Notes under the pieces: generated by a model
What the model saw: the letters and a program-made list of their open reading frames with translations, nothing else
Databases searched by the model: none
Told to the model about the DNA's origin: nothing
Shown: in pieces, positions 19,461 through 29,822 of the stretch
Position numbering within the stretch: the first letter of the stretch is position 1
Layout of the letters: each line of letters begins with the position of its first letter
Source of the DNA: a virus
Virus record (IMG/VR): IMGVR_UViG_3300043464_002365
Coordinates: 1-64,000 of that record
DNA length: 64,000 nucleotides
Strand: one strand, 5' to 3'
Made by a program: the position numbers and the translations under genes

Positions 19461-22373
19461 ATGATTCCAGCAAATATTAACGCCCTGTTATTAGGCGAAG
19501 AAGCTGGCGCTGGCGCTGGGTATCAGGTCAGCAGGTCGCTGCGGTTCAACAGCGCTGACTCGTCCTATCTGAGCCGCACCCCCGCATCAGCCGGCAACCG
19601 CAAGACGTGGACCTGGGCGGGGTGGGTGAAGAGGAGTGACCTCAGCGCGTCGTTTCGTCAGTTATTTACCGCTGCCGACAACAACTACGCGCAGAATGGT
19701 TTTGATGATCTTGGCAGGCTCCGTCATTACCCGCTAAACAATGGCAACGCCGCGATCAGAACGGTTGCCTTGTTCCGTGATCCCTCTGCTTGGTATCACA
19801 TTGTTTTTTATACCGACACAACAAATGCAACCGCATCTGACAGGTTACGAATTTACGTTAATGGGGTGCGCCAAGATGTAACTGGCACTTTCCCTAGCCA
19901 AAATCTAGACTTGTCTTTTAATCAGGCTATTGCCCATAATATAGGTCGTTACCATACTGGATCTGAATACTTTTCTGGCTACCTCGCCGACATCCACTTC
20001 ATCGACGGCCAAGCCTTAGACCCCACCAGCTTCGGTGAGTTCTCCGCCACCACCGGCGTGTGGATGCCCAAGGCATACACAGGAACATACGGTACGAATG
20101 GATTCCACCTTGATTTCTCAAATAATGCCTCTGCCGCCGCATTAGGGACGGACACTAGTGGGAATGGGAATACGTGGAATGTCAACAACATGTCAGCCGC
20201 CGCCGGGGTTAACTACGCCAATACATCGACGACTAGCGCTTCATCCGGCACTATCCCGAATGGTGGCACTCCCTACTGGATAGACATACTGCCAACGAAC
20301 GCAAGCCTTGACTACAACGGCACGGGCTTTAGTGTCCACGACAGCAGCCTAGCTAACTATGTCTACTGGGTTGGCGATGAGTACAGCTCAGGAAATGTCA
20401 CACGGGCCAGATTTGACCTTAGAGACTTCCCGAGTATTGCAAACGTTCAGCTTTATATACAGTCCTATTCTGGCTATGTAGACTATAGAGCAAGGTTATT
20501 AGATGCGAGCAAGACTGTAATTGCTGGCACCGATATTGCGCTTACCAGTTACACGCTTAATTGGATAAGCATTCCCGTTAGCGGCGCTCCCAGGTATCTG
20601 GAAATCTACTGCTCCTCTGGTGGGTCGCGGAGGCTTCTCTTATACGCTGTGAGAGTGAATGGTATAACCCTAATAAGTGGCGGGGCTGGTGACATCGACA
20701 GCCTAGTAGACGTTCCCACTAATGGCAGCGAGGTTGACACGGGAAGTGGGGGGCAGGTTAGGGGGAATTATTGCACTTGGAATCCTTTGATCGGAAGCGA
20801 TCAGTTCTTTAACTACTTGGCAAGAAGTTGCACATTCTCCAACGGAAATCTGGACTTTGTTGCCAACTCGGCTAGTAACTTTAGTAGTTGCTTGTCCACT
20901 GTCGGTGTTGCAAGTGGTAAATGGTATGCCGAGCTTTCGGTAACGGTATTTGCAGGTTCAACGTCCTGCGGCTTTGGTTTTATTAACAGCTCGCAGATTA
21001 AAGACATTACTAGCGGTACTTCTCTAGGCTCGGCAGCAGATGGTTACTTGAGGGTAGGCGTTGCGGTATACAACGGCGCTGGTCGCGGAAGCTCTGGTTA
21101 CTCAGCTATAGCGCTAAACGACGTTATTATGCTTGCGCTTGATGTGGGTGCGGGCAAGGCGTGGTTTGGTCGAAACGGAACTTGGGATACCGGTAGCCCT
21201 GCAGTTGGGACGACTCCAACAGTCAGTTTTACGCCTAATGGCTCTTATCTTATTGGTGCTGCCGGGTATGAGTCGTCGGCAGGGACTTTGAACGCAGGTG
21301 CCCGACCCTTCGCCTACACCGCCCCCAGCGGCTTCAAAGCGCTCTGCACGGCCAACCTGCCCGCCCCAGTAGTCACGAAGCCTTCGACGGTGATGGATGT
21401 GAAGCTCTACACGGGCAATGGCAGCACGCAGACGATTTCTGGGTTGGGTTTTAGCCCGGATTTGGTATGGGGTAAGCAGCGCAACGGTACGGCAAGTCAT
21501 GTGTGGATGGATGTCATTCGTGGCACTGGCGTTTATCTTCGTTCCGATCTAACAAATGCAGAATCAGCAAATGCAAATGTCATCACGAGCTTCGATTCCA
21601 ACGGTTTCACGCTTGGCACTAGCTCTGCGCTAAACGGAAGCACAAACTCTTACGCCGCCTGGTGCTGGGACGCCGGCAGCTCCACCGTCACGAACACACA
21701 AGGCTCCATCACTAGTCAGGTGAGGGCTAATGCAAGTGCGGGGTTCTCGATATGCACCTTCACGTTCAATTCCACTGGAACGGTGGGTCACGGACTTGGA
21801 GTTGCGCCTGAGTTCATCATCGTTAAAACACGAGGGACATCAGCTCAGTGGCTCGTATATCACAAATCTCTCGGAACAAGTAAATACATCCGCCTTAGCT
21901 TTACTGGCGAAGCAGTGACTTTTGCTGATGCGTGGAACCCTGTCAATAGCACGGTTTTCCAAATGGAAGCGGGATTGCATACTCTTAGCACCTACGTCGC
22001 CTACTGCTGGGCTCCGGTCGCGGGTTATAGCGCCTTTGGTAGTTACACCGGCAACGGCAGCTCGGATGGGCCGTTTGTGTATACAGGGTTTAGGCCGAGA
22101 TGGGTGATGTGGAAAAGCTCAAGCACTGGTGGCAGCGTCAACTATGACTGGATTATTCAAGACTCAGCTCGGATGGATCGAAATGTTATCCAGACGACTC
22201 GCTTGTCAGCCAACACGGCCAACAGTGAATCCTCAGATGTCTACGTTCCGATTGATTTCCTCTCAAACGGTTTCAAGATGCGAGGAACTGGCGCTGAAGG
22301 CAATGCCAACACTCAAACCTACGTGTGGGCAGCATTTGCCGAATCCCCCTTCGCCTACAGCCGCGCCCGCTAG
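19461..22373 (+). CDS. Receptor-binding/fibre protein with LamG/ConA-like and SPRY-like domains
   Basis: SLRFNS, TWTWAGWVKRS, WYHIV, GKWYAE and repeated YTGNGS modules. Confidence 0.8.
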   Translation: MIPANINALLLGEEAGAGAGYQVSRSLRFNSADSSYLSRTPASAGNRKTWTWAGWVKRSDLSASFRQLFTAADNNYAQNGFDDLGRLRHYPLNNGNAAIRTVALFRDPSAWYHIVFYTDTTNATASDRLRIYVNGVRQDVTGTFPSQNLDLSFNQAIAHNIGRYHTGSEYFSGYLADIHFIDGQALDPTSFGEFSATTGVWMPKAYTGTYGTNGFHLDFSNNASAAALGTDTSGNGNTWNVNNMSAAAGVNYANTSTTSASSGTIPNGGTPYWIDILPTNASLDYNGTGFSVHDSSLANYVYWVGDEYSSGNVTRARFDLRDFPSIANVQLYIQSYSGYVDYRARLLDASKTVIAGTDIALTSYTLNWISIPVSGAPRYLEIYCSSGGSRRLLLYAVRVNGITLISGGAGDIDSLVDVPTNGSEVDTGSGGQVRGNYCTWNPLIGSDQFFNYLARSCTFSNGNLDFVANSASNFSSCLSTVGVASGKWYAELSVTVFAGSTSCGFGFINSSQIKDITSGTSLGSAADGYLRVGVAVYNGAGRGSSGYSAIALNDVIMLALDVGAGKAWFGRNGTWDTGSPAVGTTPTVSFTPNGSYLIGAAGYESSAGTLNAGARPFAYTAPSGFKALCTANLPAPVVTKPSTVMDVKLYTGNGSTQTISGLGFSPDLVWGKQRNGTASHVWMDVIRGTGVYLRSDLTNAESANANVITSFDSNGFTLGTSSALNGSTNSYAAWCWDAGSSTVTNTQGSITSQVRANASAGFSICTFTFNSTGTVGHGLGVAPEFIIVKTRGTSAQWLVYHKSLGTSKYIRLSFTGEAVTFADAWNPVNSTVFQMEAGLHTLSTYVAYCWAPVAGYSAFGSYTGNGSSDGPFVYTGFRPRWVMWKSSSTGGSVNYDWIIQDSARMDRNVIQTTRLSANTANSESSDVYVPIDFLSNGFKMRGTGAEGNANTQTYVWAAFAESPFAYSRAR

Positions 22374-22446
22374 TAGTGAACACGACTTTTATGCTTAATA
22401 CTAATTACAATAATAAAAAGCCTTAACGGCTCAGCATTTCTTGACA

Positions 22447-22989
22447 ATGTTTGTTTACAAGGGACGATCTCTTCCTCTTGACACACCCCTAGACCTTGAT
22501 GGGCTTTTGTTGCCCGCAAATTGGCTAAGGCTCTCGTCACCACAAGACAAGGCAAATGTTGGCATTACAGAAGTTCCAGATTCGCCGGCCCCGCCAGACC
22601 AAAGGTTTTATTGGGGCTGGGACGGCGAAGGGAAAGCTATTCCGAAGGATCATTCACAGTTAGTAGAACAATGGACGCAGCAAACTCGCACAACTGCTAA
22701 TAGCTTACTGGCTCCTACTGATTGGATTATTATTCGCGAATCCGACAATGGCAGTCCGGCTGATCCATTGCTGAAAACTTGGCGAGAAAACCTTCGCCTT
22801 GCTACAGGCGAAAAAAACGCGGCGATTCAGGCTACTGTTGACACTGACGCATTGGCAGCTTATATTACGGGACCAGACTATCCCGTTTGGCCAAGTGACC
22901 CTTATTCTCCTGCTCCTGTTAGCTCTTCTTCTTTTAACGGGCTGGAGTTTATTGGAGATGGCAGCTCGACAGACGGAGGGCTAATTTAA
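22447..22989 (+). CDS. Tail fibre assembly chaperone-like protein
   Basis: PANWLRLSS, LAPTDWIIIR and WP motifs; position after fibre gene. Confidence 0.65.
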   Translation: MFVYKGRSLPLDTPLDLDGLLLPANWLRLSSPQDKANVGITEVPDSPAPPDQRFYWGWDGEGKAIPKDHSQLVEQWTQQTRTTANSLLAPTDWIIIRESDNGSPADPLLKTWRENLRLATGEKNAAIQATVDTDALAAYITGPDYPVWPSDPYSPAPVSSSSFNGLEFIGDGSSTDGGLI

Positions 22990-22991
22990 AG

Positions 22992-23129
22992 ATGGCCGCA
23001 AAAAGCAAGGTTGGAATTAGCGGGCAAAAAATTCACCAACCAAACAAAAGTAAGCGCACACGTCAAGGCAATGGAGCCAATAGCAAACCATCTCATGGAA
23101 GGAAGCTTTCACGAGGGCAAGGCAAATAA
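22992..23129 (+). CDS. Small basic protein (45 aa, ...KRTRQGNG...RGQGK)
   Basis: Below the ORF-track cutoff; translated manually; motif familiar from aquatic phages; followed by a terminator. Confidence 0.65.
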   Translation: MAAKSKVGISGQKIHQPNKSKRTRQGNGANSKPSHGRKLSRGQGK

Positions 23130-23132
23130 CCA

Positions 23133-23157
23133 GGGGCCGAAAGGCCCTTTTTCTTTT
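23133..23157 (+). terminator. Intrinsic terminator
   Basis: gggcc-gaaa-ggccc followed by a T-run. Confidence 0.8.
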
Positions 23158-23188
23158 GCTAGTACAATGGAAGAAAGCATTCTTTTCC

Positions 23189-24412
23189 ATGGGACAAATA
23201 ATTGCAGGCGGCGAGCAGTTTGAAACTCACATTCAAGCTGATTATCGCGGGCAGATTTTAAAGACAGGCCCTGATAGTGGAGCAGTTGATGCTTTTGGGC
23301 GTGCTCGCACGAGCGCTCCCTATACGCTTTTTGATAGCACGATGCGTTACAGCAAGCGTGCCGATCAATGGTTTGATCGCCTTTCCAATGGAGGCGTGGT
23401 CACATATTTAACAAACGAAAGCAGCACTGCTTTGACGACCACCACTGCGTCTGGCGATACAGTGCTGCGTAGAACCAAGCAATACTTCCCGTACCAACCA
23501 GGAAAAAGCATGATGATCATGCAAAGTTTTGCTGGCACCACGCCCGTCTCTGGTCTCATTCAAGAAGTGGGCTTCTTTGATGACCAGAATGGAGTGATGC
23601 TTAGAGCAAGTGGCACTACGCTGCAAATGGTCATCAGAAGCTTCACGTCTGGTACTGTTGTTGAAAACGTAGTTGATCAGTCAGCGTGGAACATTAACAC
23701 TCTTGATTCGCTTGACTTCTCTAAGGCTCAGATTTTCACCGCCGATCTTGAATGGCTTGGCGTGGGGCGAGTGAGGACTGGCTTTGTAATTAACGGCGAG
23801 ATCATTTATTGCCATGAATTCAATCATTACAACACATTGACTAGTGCATATATGACAACGGCTATTTTGCCATTGTCCTATCGCATTCATAATGCTTCTG
23901 CTCAGGCTTCGGGACGCACCATGAAGCAAATTTGCAGCAGCATTCTTAGCGAGGGAGGATATGAGCCAGACGGTGCCGTGTATTCAGTGAATCACGATTT
24001 AAACACTGTTCCAAATACATCTGGGGAGCGCATCACTGCTGGCATCCGCATGGCAAGTGGTCGCACTGGTAATGTCATTCTGCCTGTGAGGATTTCGACT
24101 GCCACTGCTTCTAGTGATGTGGTGTTGTGGCGTTTGCGTTTAAATCCAACGCTTAGTGGAGTGGTGTGGAGCGCTGCGGACAATCAAAGAGGAAACGTAC
24201 AAGTGACAACTAGTGGCACTGCTACAGGCGGCACAGTGGTCGACGCGGGTTTTGTTAGTCAAGGCAGTGCAAATAATTACGACATTGCAGTGGCCATTCG
24301 TCTTGCCTTGGGACAAAATGCTTCTGGCGAAAGCGACACTCTCATCTTGACTGTCGACAGTGCAGTCAGCGCCAAGACTCTTGGCATGATCGGCTGGGTG
24401 GAAATCACTTAA
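23189..24412 (+). CDS. Probable virion structural protein (beta-rich)
   Basis: DAFGRAR, YQPGKS and EWLGVGRVR motifs common in phage proteins. Confidence 0.6.
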   Translation: MGQIIAGGEQFETHIQADYRGQILKTGPDSGAVDAFGRARTSAPYTLFDSTMRYSKRADQWFDRLSNGGVVTYLTNESSTALTTTTASGDTVLRRTKQYFPYQPGKSMMIMQSFAGTTPVSGLIQEVGFFDDQNGVMLRASGTTLQMVIRSFTSGTVVENVVDQSAWNINTLDSLDFSKAQIFTADLEWLGVGRVRTGFVINGEIIYCHEFNHYNTLTSAYMTTAILPLSYRIHNASAQASGRTMKQICSSILSEGGYEPDGAVYSVNHDLNTVPNTSGERITAGIRMASGRTGNVILPVRISTATASSDVVLWRLRLNPTLSGVVWSAADNQRGNVQVTTSGTATGGTVVDAGFVSQGSANNYDIAVAIRLALGQNASGESDTLILTVDSAVSAKTLGMIGWVEIT

Positions 24413-24438
24413 GCTACGGGGGCAATACACCTCTTCCT

Positions 24439-24651
24439 ATGGCCTTTCCTTTTGTTGCAGAGGGCGAATGGTACAAGCAGCAACTTGAGCAGCTCTCCGA
24501 CATTTTTGCAGAGCTGCTAACAGACGATGATCCGGCTATGGCCTGCAAGGCTCTTAGCGAAACCATTGCTTCGTGGGAAGACTACCACGAGAAGGAGCTT
24601 GCTAAATGGAAGCGCCTCAGGATTCTCTTGGGCCTGGCAAGCAATAGGTGA
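24439..24651 (+). CDS. Hypothetical protein
   Basis: 70 aa ORF. Confidence 0.45.
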   Translation: MAFPFVAEGEWYKQQLEQLSDIFAELLTDDDPAMACKALSETIASWEDYHEKELAKWKRLRILLGLASNR

Positions 24652-25021
24652 TTCGCAGTTCCCCGCCTAGTGCTTTCACGGCCTCACTGGCATCTGCTGG
24701 TGGGGCTGTTTCAATGAGCACTGATGGAACAATGGCATTAGGAAGAGGCGTGACGATGGCATCAGGGAAAAGCTTATGGGCTTGTTCGGCCAGAGCGTTT
24801 GCTTTTGTTTCTCGCTCTTCCTTTTCCCATTGTTTCACTAAAATAGCAGCTTGCTGGTCAACTTTCTGCATGACGCCTTTGGTTTTCCACTCTGCCCAGT
24901 CAGGGCGACAATGAGCCATGAGCATTTTGAACCATGGCTTGAAAGCAAGGGACGGCCGTTTTGTAACGGCCCACAAGCCTAGTTCGTAACAGAGTGCATT
25001 AAACCAAGACTGCCAGTTCAT
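24617..25021 (-). CDS. Hypothetical protein (lysis region)
   Basis: 134 aa ORF downstream of the endolysin. Confidence 0.5.
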   Translation of the reverse strand: MNWQSWFNALCYELGLWAVTKRPSLAFKPWFKMLMAHCRPDWAEWKTKGVMQKVDQQAAILVKQWEKEERETKANALAEQAHKLFPDAIVTPLPNAIVPSVLIETAPPADASEAVKALGGELRITYCLPGPRES

Positions 25022-25045
25022 TTGCTATTTGCGAATGGCGAATGA

Positions 25046-25990
25046 TTAACCTTCCTGAAAAATTGAAATATACACTGTGCCTGTTTTCGTCAGAGGCAGA
25101 ATTTTATCGCGAAGATCAATGTTGAACGCACGGCAACAACCATGAGTTGGCACTAGAGGTTGTTTGGGTGCCCATGCACCAGGCCATCCATTTGCGCTTC
25201 CACCACCATGCAAGGCAATTCCTGCTCTGCCATACCGCGCCTCTTGATTTTCTAGCTCAATCATATCAAACGTGTACCAACCATACGCCATTAGCGTACG
25301 GTCATAAGCAGGCTTGTCTCCAACCTTCTCATAGTCCTTGTAGATTTCTCCAATTTTGTAGATTCCAGGAGGACAGTCAGAATTTGTGATCTTCCATTCA
25401 AAATCACTATATTGTCCGCGAGCAAGACAAGGGATTTCCCATAGAAGCTTTCCTTCAAAAGAGAAAGCTTTCATCGTCTCAACGGCATCATTCACAATCA
25501 AATGCGAATCGCCTTTCTTAAAGCCAAAATCTTGCGGACGCTTCTTGGGACCGATCATAGTAACAACAGTGCTCTCAGGAGCATATTCTTTCATGAGCTT
25601 AGACAGTTTTGCTGGATACGCCGGATCAGTGGCATAGCTTTGCTCCTTGAGCATGCGAGCAGCAGCGTAACGATTAGGAGCATGATTAATGCCCTTGAAT
25701 TGACGATAGTCCTTATACCAGCGCGTGACTAAGTATTCAATGCAAGCAGCAAGGCTAGGGAAGTCAATAAAACCAGCTTTGATAGTCACCCACTGACCAT
25801 CGTAAAATTCTTGAGTGGTGGTAGTAGTGCCTTCGCCTTTGGCGCCGATGTAGTTATGCTTGCCAGATGTGTGCTTCCCGAAGCCACTTTCCAAGCAGCA
25901 TTGTGCTGCTACCAGCTCTGGATAGCGAGCACCATATTTACGGGCCGTCTGGAAGCATTCGTCCCAGAAAGCCCGATTAGAAGGCCACAT
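25046..25990 (-). CDS. Endolysin: GH73/glucosaminidase domain plus YkuD-like L,D-transpeptidase domain
   Basis: AAQCCLESGFG, NYIGAKG and YATDPAY (GH73); IALHGGG...THGCCR (YkuD). Confidence 0.8.
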   Translation of the reverse strand: MWPSNRAFWDECFQTARKYGARYPELVAAQCCLESGFGKHTSGKHNYIGAKGEGTTTTTQEFYDGQWVTIKAGFIDFPSLAACIEYLVTRWYKDYRQFKGINHAPNRYAAARMLKEQSYATDPAYPAKLSKLMKEYAPESTVVTMIGPKKRPQDFGFKKGDSHLIVNDAVETMKAFSFEGKLLWEIPCLARGQYSDFEWKITNSDCPPGIYKIGEIYKDYEKVGDKPAYDRTLMAYGWYTFDMIELENQEARYGRAGIALHGGGSANGWPGAWAPKQPLVPTHGCCRAFNIDLRDKILPLTKTGTVYISIFQEG

Positions 25991-25993
25991 GGC

Positions 25994-26137
25994 TCAGTCC
26001 TTAACGCGGAAGATTGCCTTGAGGCCAGTCAGCAGAAGCTGGATGATATTGTTTTCCTTGTAGGGAGTGCGTTCGATAATTTGGTCGGCAGCAGCAACAA
26101 GAATGCCACCAATTACGAACCATTCAATGCCGGTCAT
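25994..26137 (-). CDS. Putative holin/small membrane protein (47 aa)
   Basis: MTGIEWFVIGGILVAAADQII...NNIIQLLL; directly upstream of the endolysin. Confidence 0.55.
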   Translation of the reverse strand: MTGIEWFVIGGILVAAADQIIERTPYKENNIIQLLLTGLKAIFRVKD

Positions 26138-26167
26138 GATGAGAGGCTCAATGGGAATATAAATAGC

Positions 26168-26386
26168 CTAGCGTTCAATCTCTAGGTTTCGTACTCTTGC
26201 TTCCATTTCACTCATCTTGTCTGTGAGCGTAGAAAGCTTCTCTGTGACAGTTTCAATTTGCACTGCCACTCTTGCTTGTTGAGTGCCTACGGCGATAAGC
26301 ATGGCACCTGTTGAAAGCAACATGCCAGCCGTGATGGTGGCTACGAAATTTGCAAGGCCGTCCTTGAAACTGTCCATAGCCGACAA
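26168..26386 (-). CDS. Membrane protein with coiled coil (lysis accessory)
   Basis: N-terminal transmembrane segment plus heptad C-terminus. Confidence 0.5.
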   Translation of the reverse strand: MSAMDSFKDGLANFVATITAGMLLSTGAMLIAVGTQQARVAVQIETVTEKLSTLTDKMSEMEARVRNLEIER

Positions 26387-26463
26387 TCAATACTCTGATT
26401 CTAGACAAAATTCGCGGGGCATTATTTAGCGTTAAACTATGGTCAAGACAACTAAATAGTGCC

Positions 26464-26946
26464 ATGCCAAGAGCGAATGGTCCTGATGAGCTGCTTTATT
26501 CTCTCATTGAACTTCGCCCTGGAGATGCAAAACGTCGGTTTCGTAAGAGCATTTTTGAAGACTATTTCTTGAGAGGGCCTTTTGGTCAGTGTGCTTGCGC
26601 ATATTGTGGAGAATGGGGAGAAAAGCTTACGATTGACCATATTGTCCCGAAGAGCAAAGGCGGCCCTCACTTTTCGCGTTGGAACATGATTCCAGCATGT
26701 AAAAGCTGCAATTTGAAGAAGGGAGACTTGCCGATGCTTGAATGGTGGCGAGTGCAGCCATTTTGGACGGAGAAGCGCGAAGAAATCTTGCTGGCGTGGG
26801 TGTATTGCAATAGCTTCGTCAGTGCTCACACTGATCAAAAAGATTTGGAAGCATGGTGCGAGAAGAAGGGGCTTGTGTTGCCGCTGCATCAAACAATTGA
26901 GCATGAAAAAGCCCCCTTGTGGGGGCTTTGTTGTAGTGCTGCTTAG
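26464..26946 (+). CDS. HNH endonuclease
   Basis: CAYCG...[12 protein letters not shown]...N...ACKSCN. Confidence 0.9.
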   Translation: MPRANGPDELLYSLIELRPGDAKRRFRKSIFEDYFLRGPFGQCACAYCGEWGEKLTIDHIVPKSKGGPHFSRWNMIPACKSCNLKKGDLPMLEWWRVQPFWTEKREEILLAWVYCNSFVSAHTDQKDLEAWCEKKGLVLPLHQTIEHEKAPLWGLCCSAA

Positions 26947-27311
26947 CTTTCAACGGGAGCAAACATCACTTGCTTTCCTGGGAGATCGTATCGAATGCCA
27001 GGAACTGGCTCCATTTGATTCGGCATCGGGCAGAATCCTCCTTCGCATTGTTGAGAAGCATTTTCAAGAGCTTCAACTGCTTCTTGTTGTGGCTCGTTTT
27101 CCATATTAAAAATGAGAAGATCAAGATACCAACTGGCTTTCTTCAAATCTTCTAGGCCATTTTTTTCTTCATAGCGCCAAACATATTTCAGAATGTTCCC
27201 TTTCAGGAAGCCCCTAAAGTCGTCTGTGTCCATTGAAGCTTCAATGGCTTCAATACATTCAATACCGCCATTTTTGGCATAGTGACGGGGATGATTCACA
27301 GCGTCAGTCAT
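26943..27311 (-). CDS. DUF3310 family protein
   Basis: [24 protein letters not shown] and [10 protein letters not shown] motifs. Confidence 0.88.
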   Translation of the reverse strand: MTDAVNHPRHYAKNGGIECIEAIEASMDTDDFRGFLKGNILKYVWRYEEKNGLEDLKKASWYLDLLIFNMENEPQQEAVEALENASQQCEGGFCPMPNQMEPVPGIRYDLPGKQVMFAPVES

Positions 27312-28018
27312 CAGAAAGAAGATTGGTGAAGGTCGAAAGCTTCAAAAGCTTCCTTGAACAATGGACGGGCGAGAGTGGACAAGGCTTGAGCGTAAGCTTG
27401 GATTTCGCCTTGACTGTCAGCCTTATCCCGCAATGAAATGAAATGAAGCAAAGCTTGTAAGCTGCAGGTCCAAGTGAAGGAACTGTACGTCGCCATGGGC
27501 ATGATTCCCCTGGCTTGCTCCTTCGCCACGCCTAGCGTCAGCAGCGCCCTGTAAGCCTGCTTTGCCTGCTCAAGAGCCTTGGCATATTCAATCATTGCCA
27601 CTTGGTTCATGCTGGGCTCCAAGGCGCCGCTGGAAGCTTGCTTATTACTGGCGCTTTGCTGGCGGAATTCACGCGGCATGTAGTACGTGTCATCGTCAGC
27701 TTCGCAGTAGCGAAAGCTTTTCTCATTCCAACCAAGCGTGTCGTTGGCGAACGTGCCACCAATTACATGCTTCCACCATTGCCGACAAACATACAGCGGA
27801 GCTTTCACTTGCCATTTTGTGACCACGCCACGAAATGGACTAGTGTGCTGATGCTTGACGAGATAATTAAGAAGCTTCTGGTCCTTTTCGGACCATTCAC
27901 TACTGGTCTGGTCAAAGCTTTGGCGGGCGTCACAAACAATATCAAGCGAGCTGCCCATCCAATCAATGAGACGCACGAAGCTGATGCCATCCATCAGCGG
28001 ATCCATCTGATTCATCAT
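27311..28018 (-). CDS. thyX: Flavin-dependent thymidylate synthase
   Basis: HTSPF, RQWWKH...WNEKSFRY, KEQARGIMP and LHFISLR...QGEI motifs; start reassigned to MMNQMDP. Confidence 0.9.
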   Translation of the reverse strand: MMNQMDPLMDGISFVRLIDWMGSSLDIVCDARQSFDQTSSEWSEKDQKLLNYLVKHQHTSPFRGVVTKWQVKAPLYVCRQWWKHVIGGTFANDTLGWNEKSFRYCEADDDTYYMPREFRQQSASNKQASSGALEPSMNQVAMIEYAKALEQAKQAYRALLTLGVAKEQARGIMPMATYSSFTWTCSLQALLHFISLRDKADSQGEIQAYAQALSTLARPLFKEAFEAFDLHQSSF

Positions 28019-28224
28019 CAAGTTTTGTCCGTAGCGATGAGAATGCGAAAAGTGATGGCAATTAGGAACCACTGCCAAAAGCCAAGCGTAAAACTTGGAG
28101 CCAGTAGACCCACGCAAGTACTTAACAGCCATGCTCGCAAGCATATGACAGTGAAAATGGCAAGAATTTCTCCTGCAAGTTTGGAGAAATCTTTAAGCAA
28201 GTCGTCAGTTGTTTTGGTAAGCAC
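28018..28224 (-). CDS. Small membrane protein
   Basis: Two hydrophobic segments. Confidence 0.5.
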   Translation of the reverse strand: MLTKTTDDLLKDFSKLAGEILAIFTVICLRAWLLSTCVGLLAPSFTLGFWQWFLIAITFRILIATDKT

Positions 28225-28531
28225 TGGTGATCAGCGAGAGGGGCCGAAGTCGTTGCAAACTGATTGTAGGAGCAATGTCCGTAGCTGAATGCCAGCGTAC
28301 GATTGCTTTCCTGGCCCTGGAGCTTGCATCAAAGCCTTCAATGGTGCCAACAATGGAGGAGGGCATCCACCCAGCGGACGTACGTTGTACGTACACCACA
28401 TCCTGTCCTGGAAGCCATTCATGGTTGCGAGGCGTGCGAGGAAGCTTGTATGGGCGGTAGCCCGTCCCACATCTTACGGCATCCTTCCCATCGTCCACCC
28501 GATAAACAAACCGCTTGCCAAACTGCTGCAT
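28205..28531 (-). CDS. Hypothetical protein
   Basis: 108 aa ORF in the - strand operon. Confidence 0.5.
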   Translation of the reverse strand: MQQFGKRFVYRVDDGKDAVRCGTGYRPYKLPRTPRNHEWLPGQDVVYVQRTSAGWMPSSIVGTIEGFDASSRARKAIVRWHSATDIAPTISLQRLRPLSLITSAYQNN

Positions 28532-28561
28532 GGCTAGGCTAAACGAAACAATGCAAGGACA

Positions 28562-28936
28562 ATGAGCACTTTCTCTATCCCAGTGGGCCTAAAATACAAT
28601 GGTCAAGATTGTATTGGCATTATGGGGCCTTTTGAGCGGAGCATGGAACGAGACTTTGCTCTCGTTGCTAACAAAAAGGCACTGAGCGAATGCAATGACG
28701 TTGACAAGCTGCGAGAAGTGGCTTGCACGATGATGGAGGGCTGGAGCAATATGCAAGAAGCCGTCACGTCGCTCGTGAAAGAGAATCTTGAACTGCGTCA
28801 AGCTATGCAGCTTCAAGAGCGTGATTTGGAAGCCGCTGATGAGCTGCTTGGTGAAGCTGCTGAAGCCGTCACGCAGTTCGCAATGAAGCAGCAATCCGCT
28901 CAAGCCAAAAAGTTTCCTTGGCCGTTTGGGTGGTAA
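28562..28936 (+). CDS. Hypothetical coiled-coil protein
   Basis: 124 aa ORF. Confidence 0.5.
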   Translation: MSTFSIPVGLKYNGQDCIGIMGPFERSMERDFALVANKKALSECNDVDKLREVACTMMEGWSNMQEAVTSLVKENLELRQAMQLQERDLEAADELLGEAAEAVTQFAMKQQSAQAKKFPWPFGW

Positions 28937-29231
28937 GGAGAAACACTTTCCACCCTCCCATTGTTGCTAAGTTGAATTTACGGGCATCTCGTTCATAGCC
29001 CGAGCCGGTTACGTGCCTGCCTCTGCTGAAGGTGCCCCCTTGAATTTCAATGAGACTTTGGGAGGGCAGATGAGCAAAGTCTGCCCTGTAGCGCTTTGAC
29101 CGCTTGCTTTTTGCATAGCGCTCTTGGAAATCAGTCTCCCAAGTTGGCACGTCACTGAATTCTCTAATCAATGGGAGATCAGGGAAATGAGCTTGCCACA
29201 GTCCAAGAAACTGGTCTTCAAGAGCGCTCAC
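28869..29231 (-). CDS. DUF559/Vsr-like endonuclease
   Basis: YRADFA...IEIQGG...GRH...D..KFN...GWKV. Confidence 0.75.
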   Translation of the reverse strand: MSALEDQFLGLWQAHFPDLPLIREFSDVPTWETDFQERYAKSKRSKRYRADFAHLPSQSLIEIQGGTFSRGRHVTGSGYERDARKFNLATMGGWKVFLLTTQTAKETFWLERIAASLRTA

Positions 29232-29234
29232 TGA

Positions 29235-29822
29235 TCAGACGGCAGCAAACGCTACGTTAGCGCCTTGGTTTTGATACTTGCCGTTTCCATAGTCCTGATC
29301 TGCGGCGCCTGAGAGGCGAGCGAACATAACTTGCACGATCCCTTCGTTGGCATAGATGCGAACGGGAAAAGCCAAGGGATTGACAATACAAATAGTGAGA
29401 TGACCAGACCAGCCAGGCTCAATTGGCGTAACGTTAAGAATGGTCCCTTGACGTGCATACGTTGACTTCCCGTCTGTGATGCCCATCACATTGTTAGGCA
29501 TCGAGATGCGCTCAAGGCTAACGCCAAGCGCGTAGGAAAAGGGAGGAAGTACGAAAAACGTGCTGCCGTTTTCTTGACGAGGCTTTTGCTCTTCCATTAG
29601 CTCCGTGTCGAAGCTTTTCACGTCAAGAGGGAAGTCCTTGCTGACGCTGTTGTCGATGACCATGAAGCCTTCCGGGGAAAGACGCAGGTCGTAACCAGCA
29701 TGAGACAGGCCATAAGACAATGCTTTCGTACCATTGTCCAGCTCGCGACGCTTCTCTCCAGTGAAAGGAAAGATGATGTCGTTTTCAGCGAGAATGCTAA
29801 TTTGCTTGTCGTTAAGAAGCAC
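29235..29822 (-). CDS. dcd: dCTP deaminase
   Basis: LSYGLSHAGYDLR, GKSTYAR, TPIEPGWSG and YANEGI...GKYQNQ motifs; GTG start inferred. Confidence 0.9.
   Translation of the reverse strand: MLLNDKQISILAENDIIFPFTGEKRRELDNGTKALSYGLSHAGYDLRLSPEGFMVIDNSVSKDFPLDVKSFDTELMEEQKPRQENGSTFFVLPPFSYALGVSLERISMPNNVMGITDGKSTYARQGTILNVTPIEPGWSGHLTICIVNPLAFPVRIYANEGIVQVMFARLSGAADQDYGNGKYQNQGANVAFAAV

Noticed and set aside
19461-22373. Diversity-generating retroelement or invertase shufflon at the fibre gene
   Set aside because: No reverse transcriptase, TR/VR pair or recombinase was seen in the window
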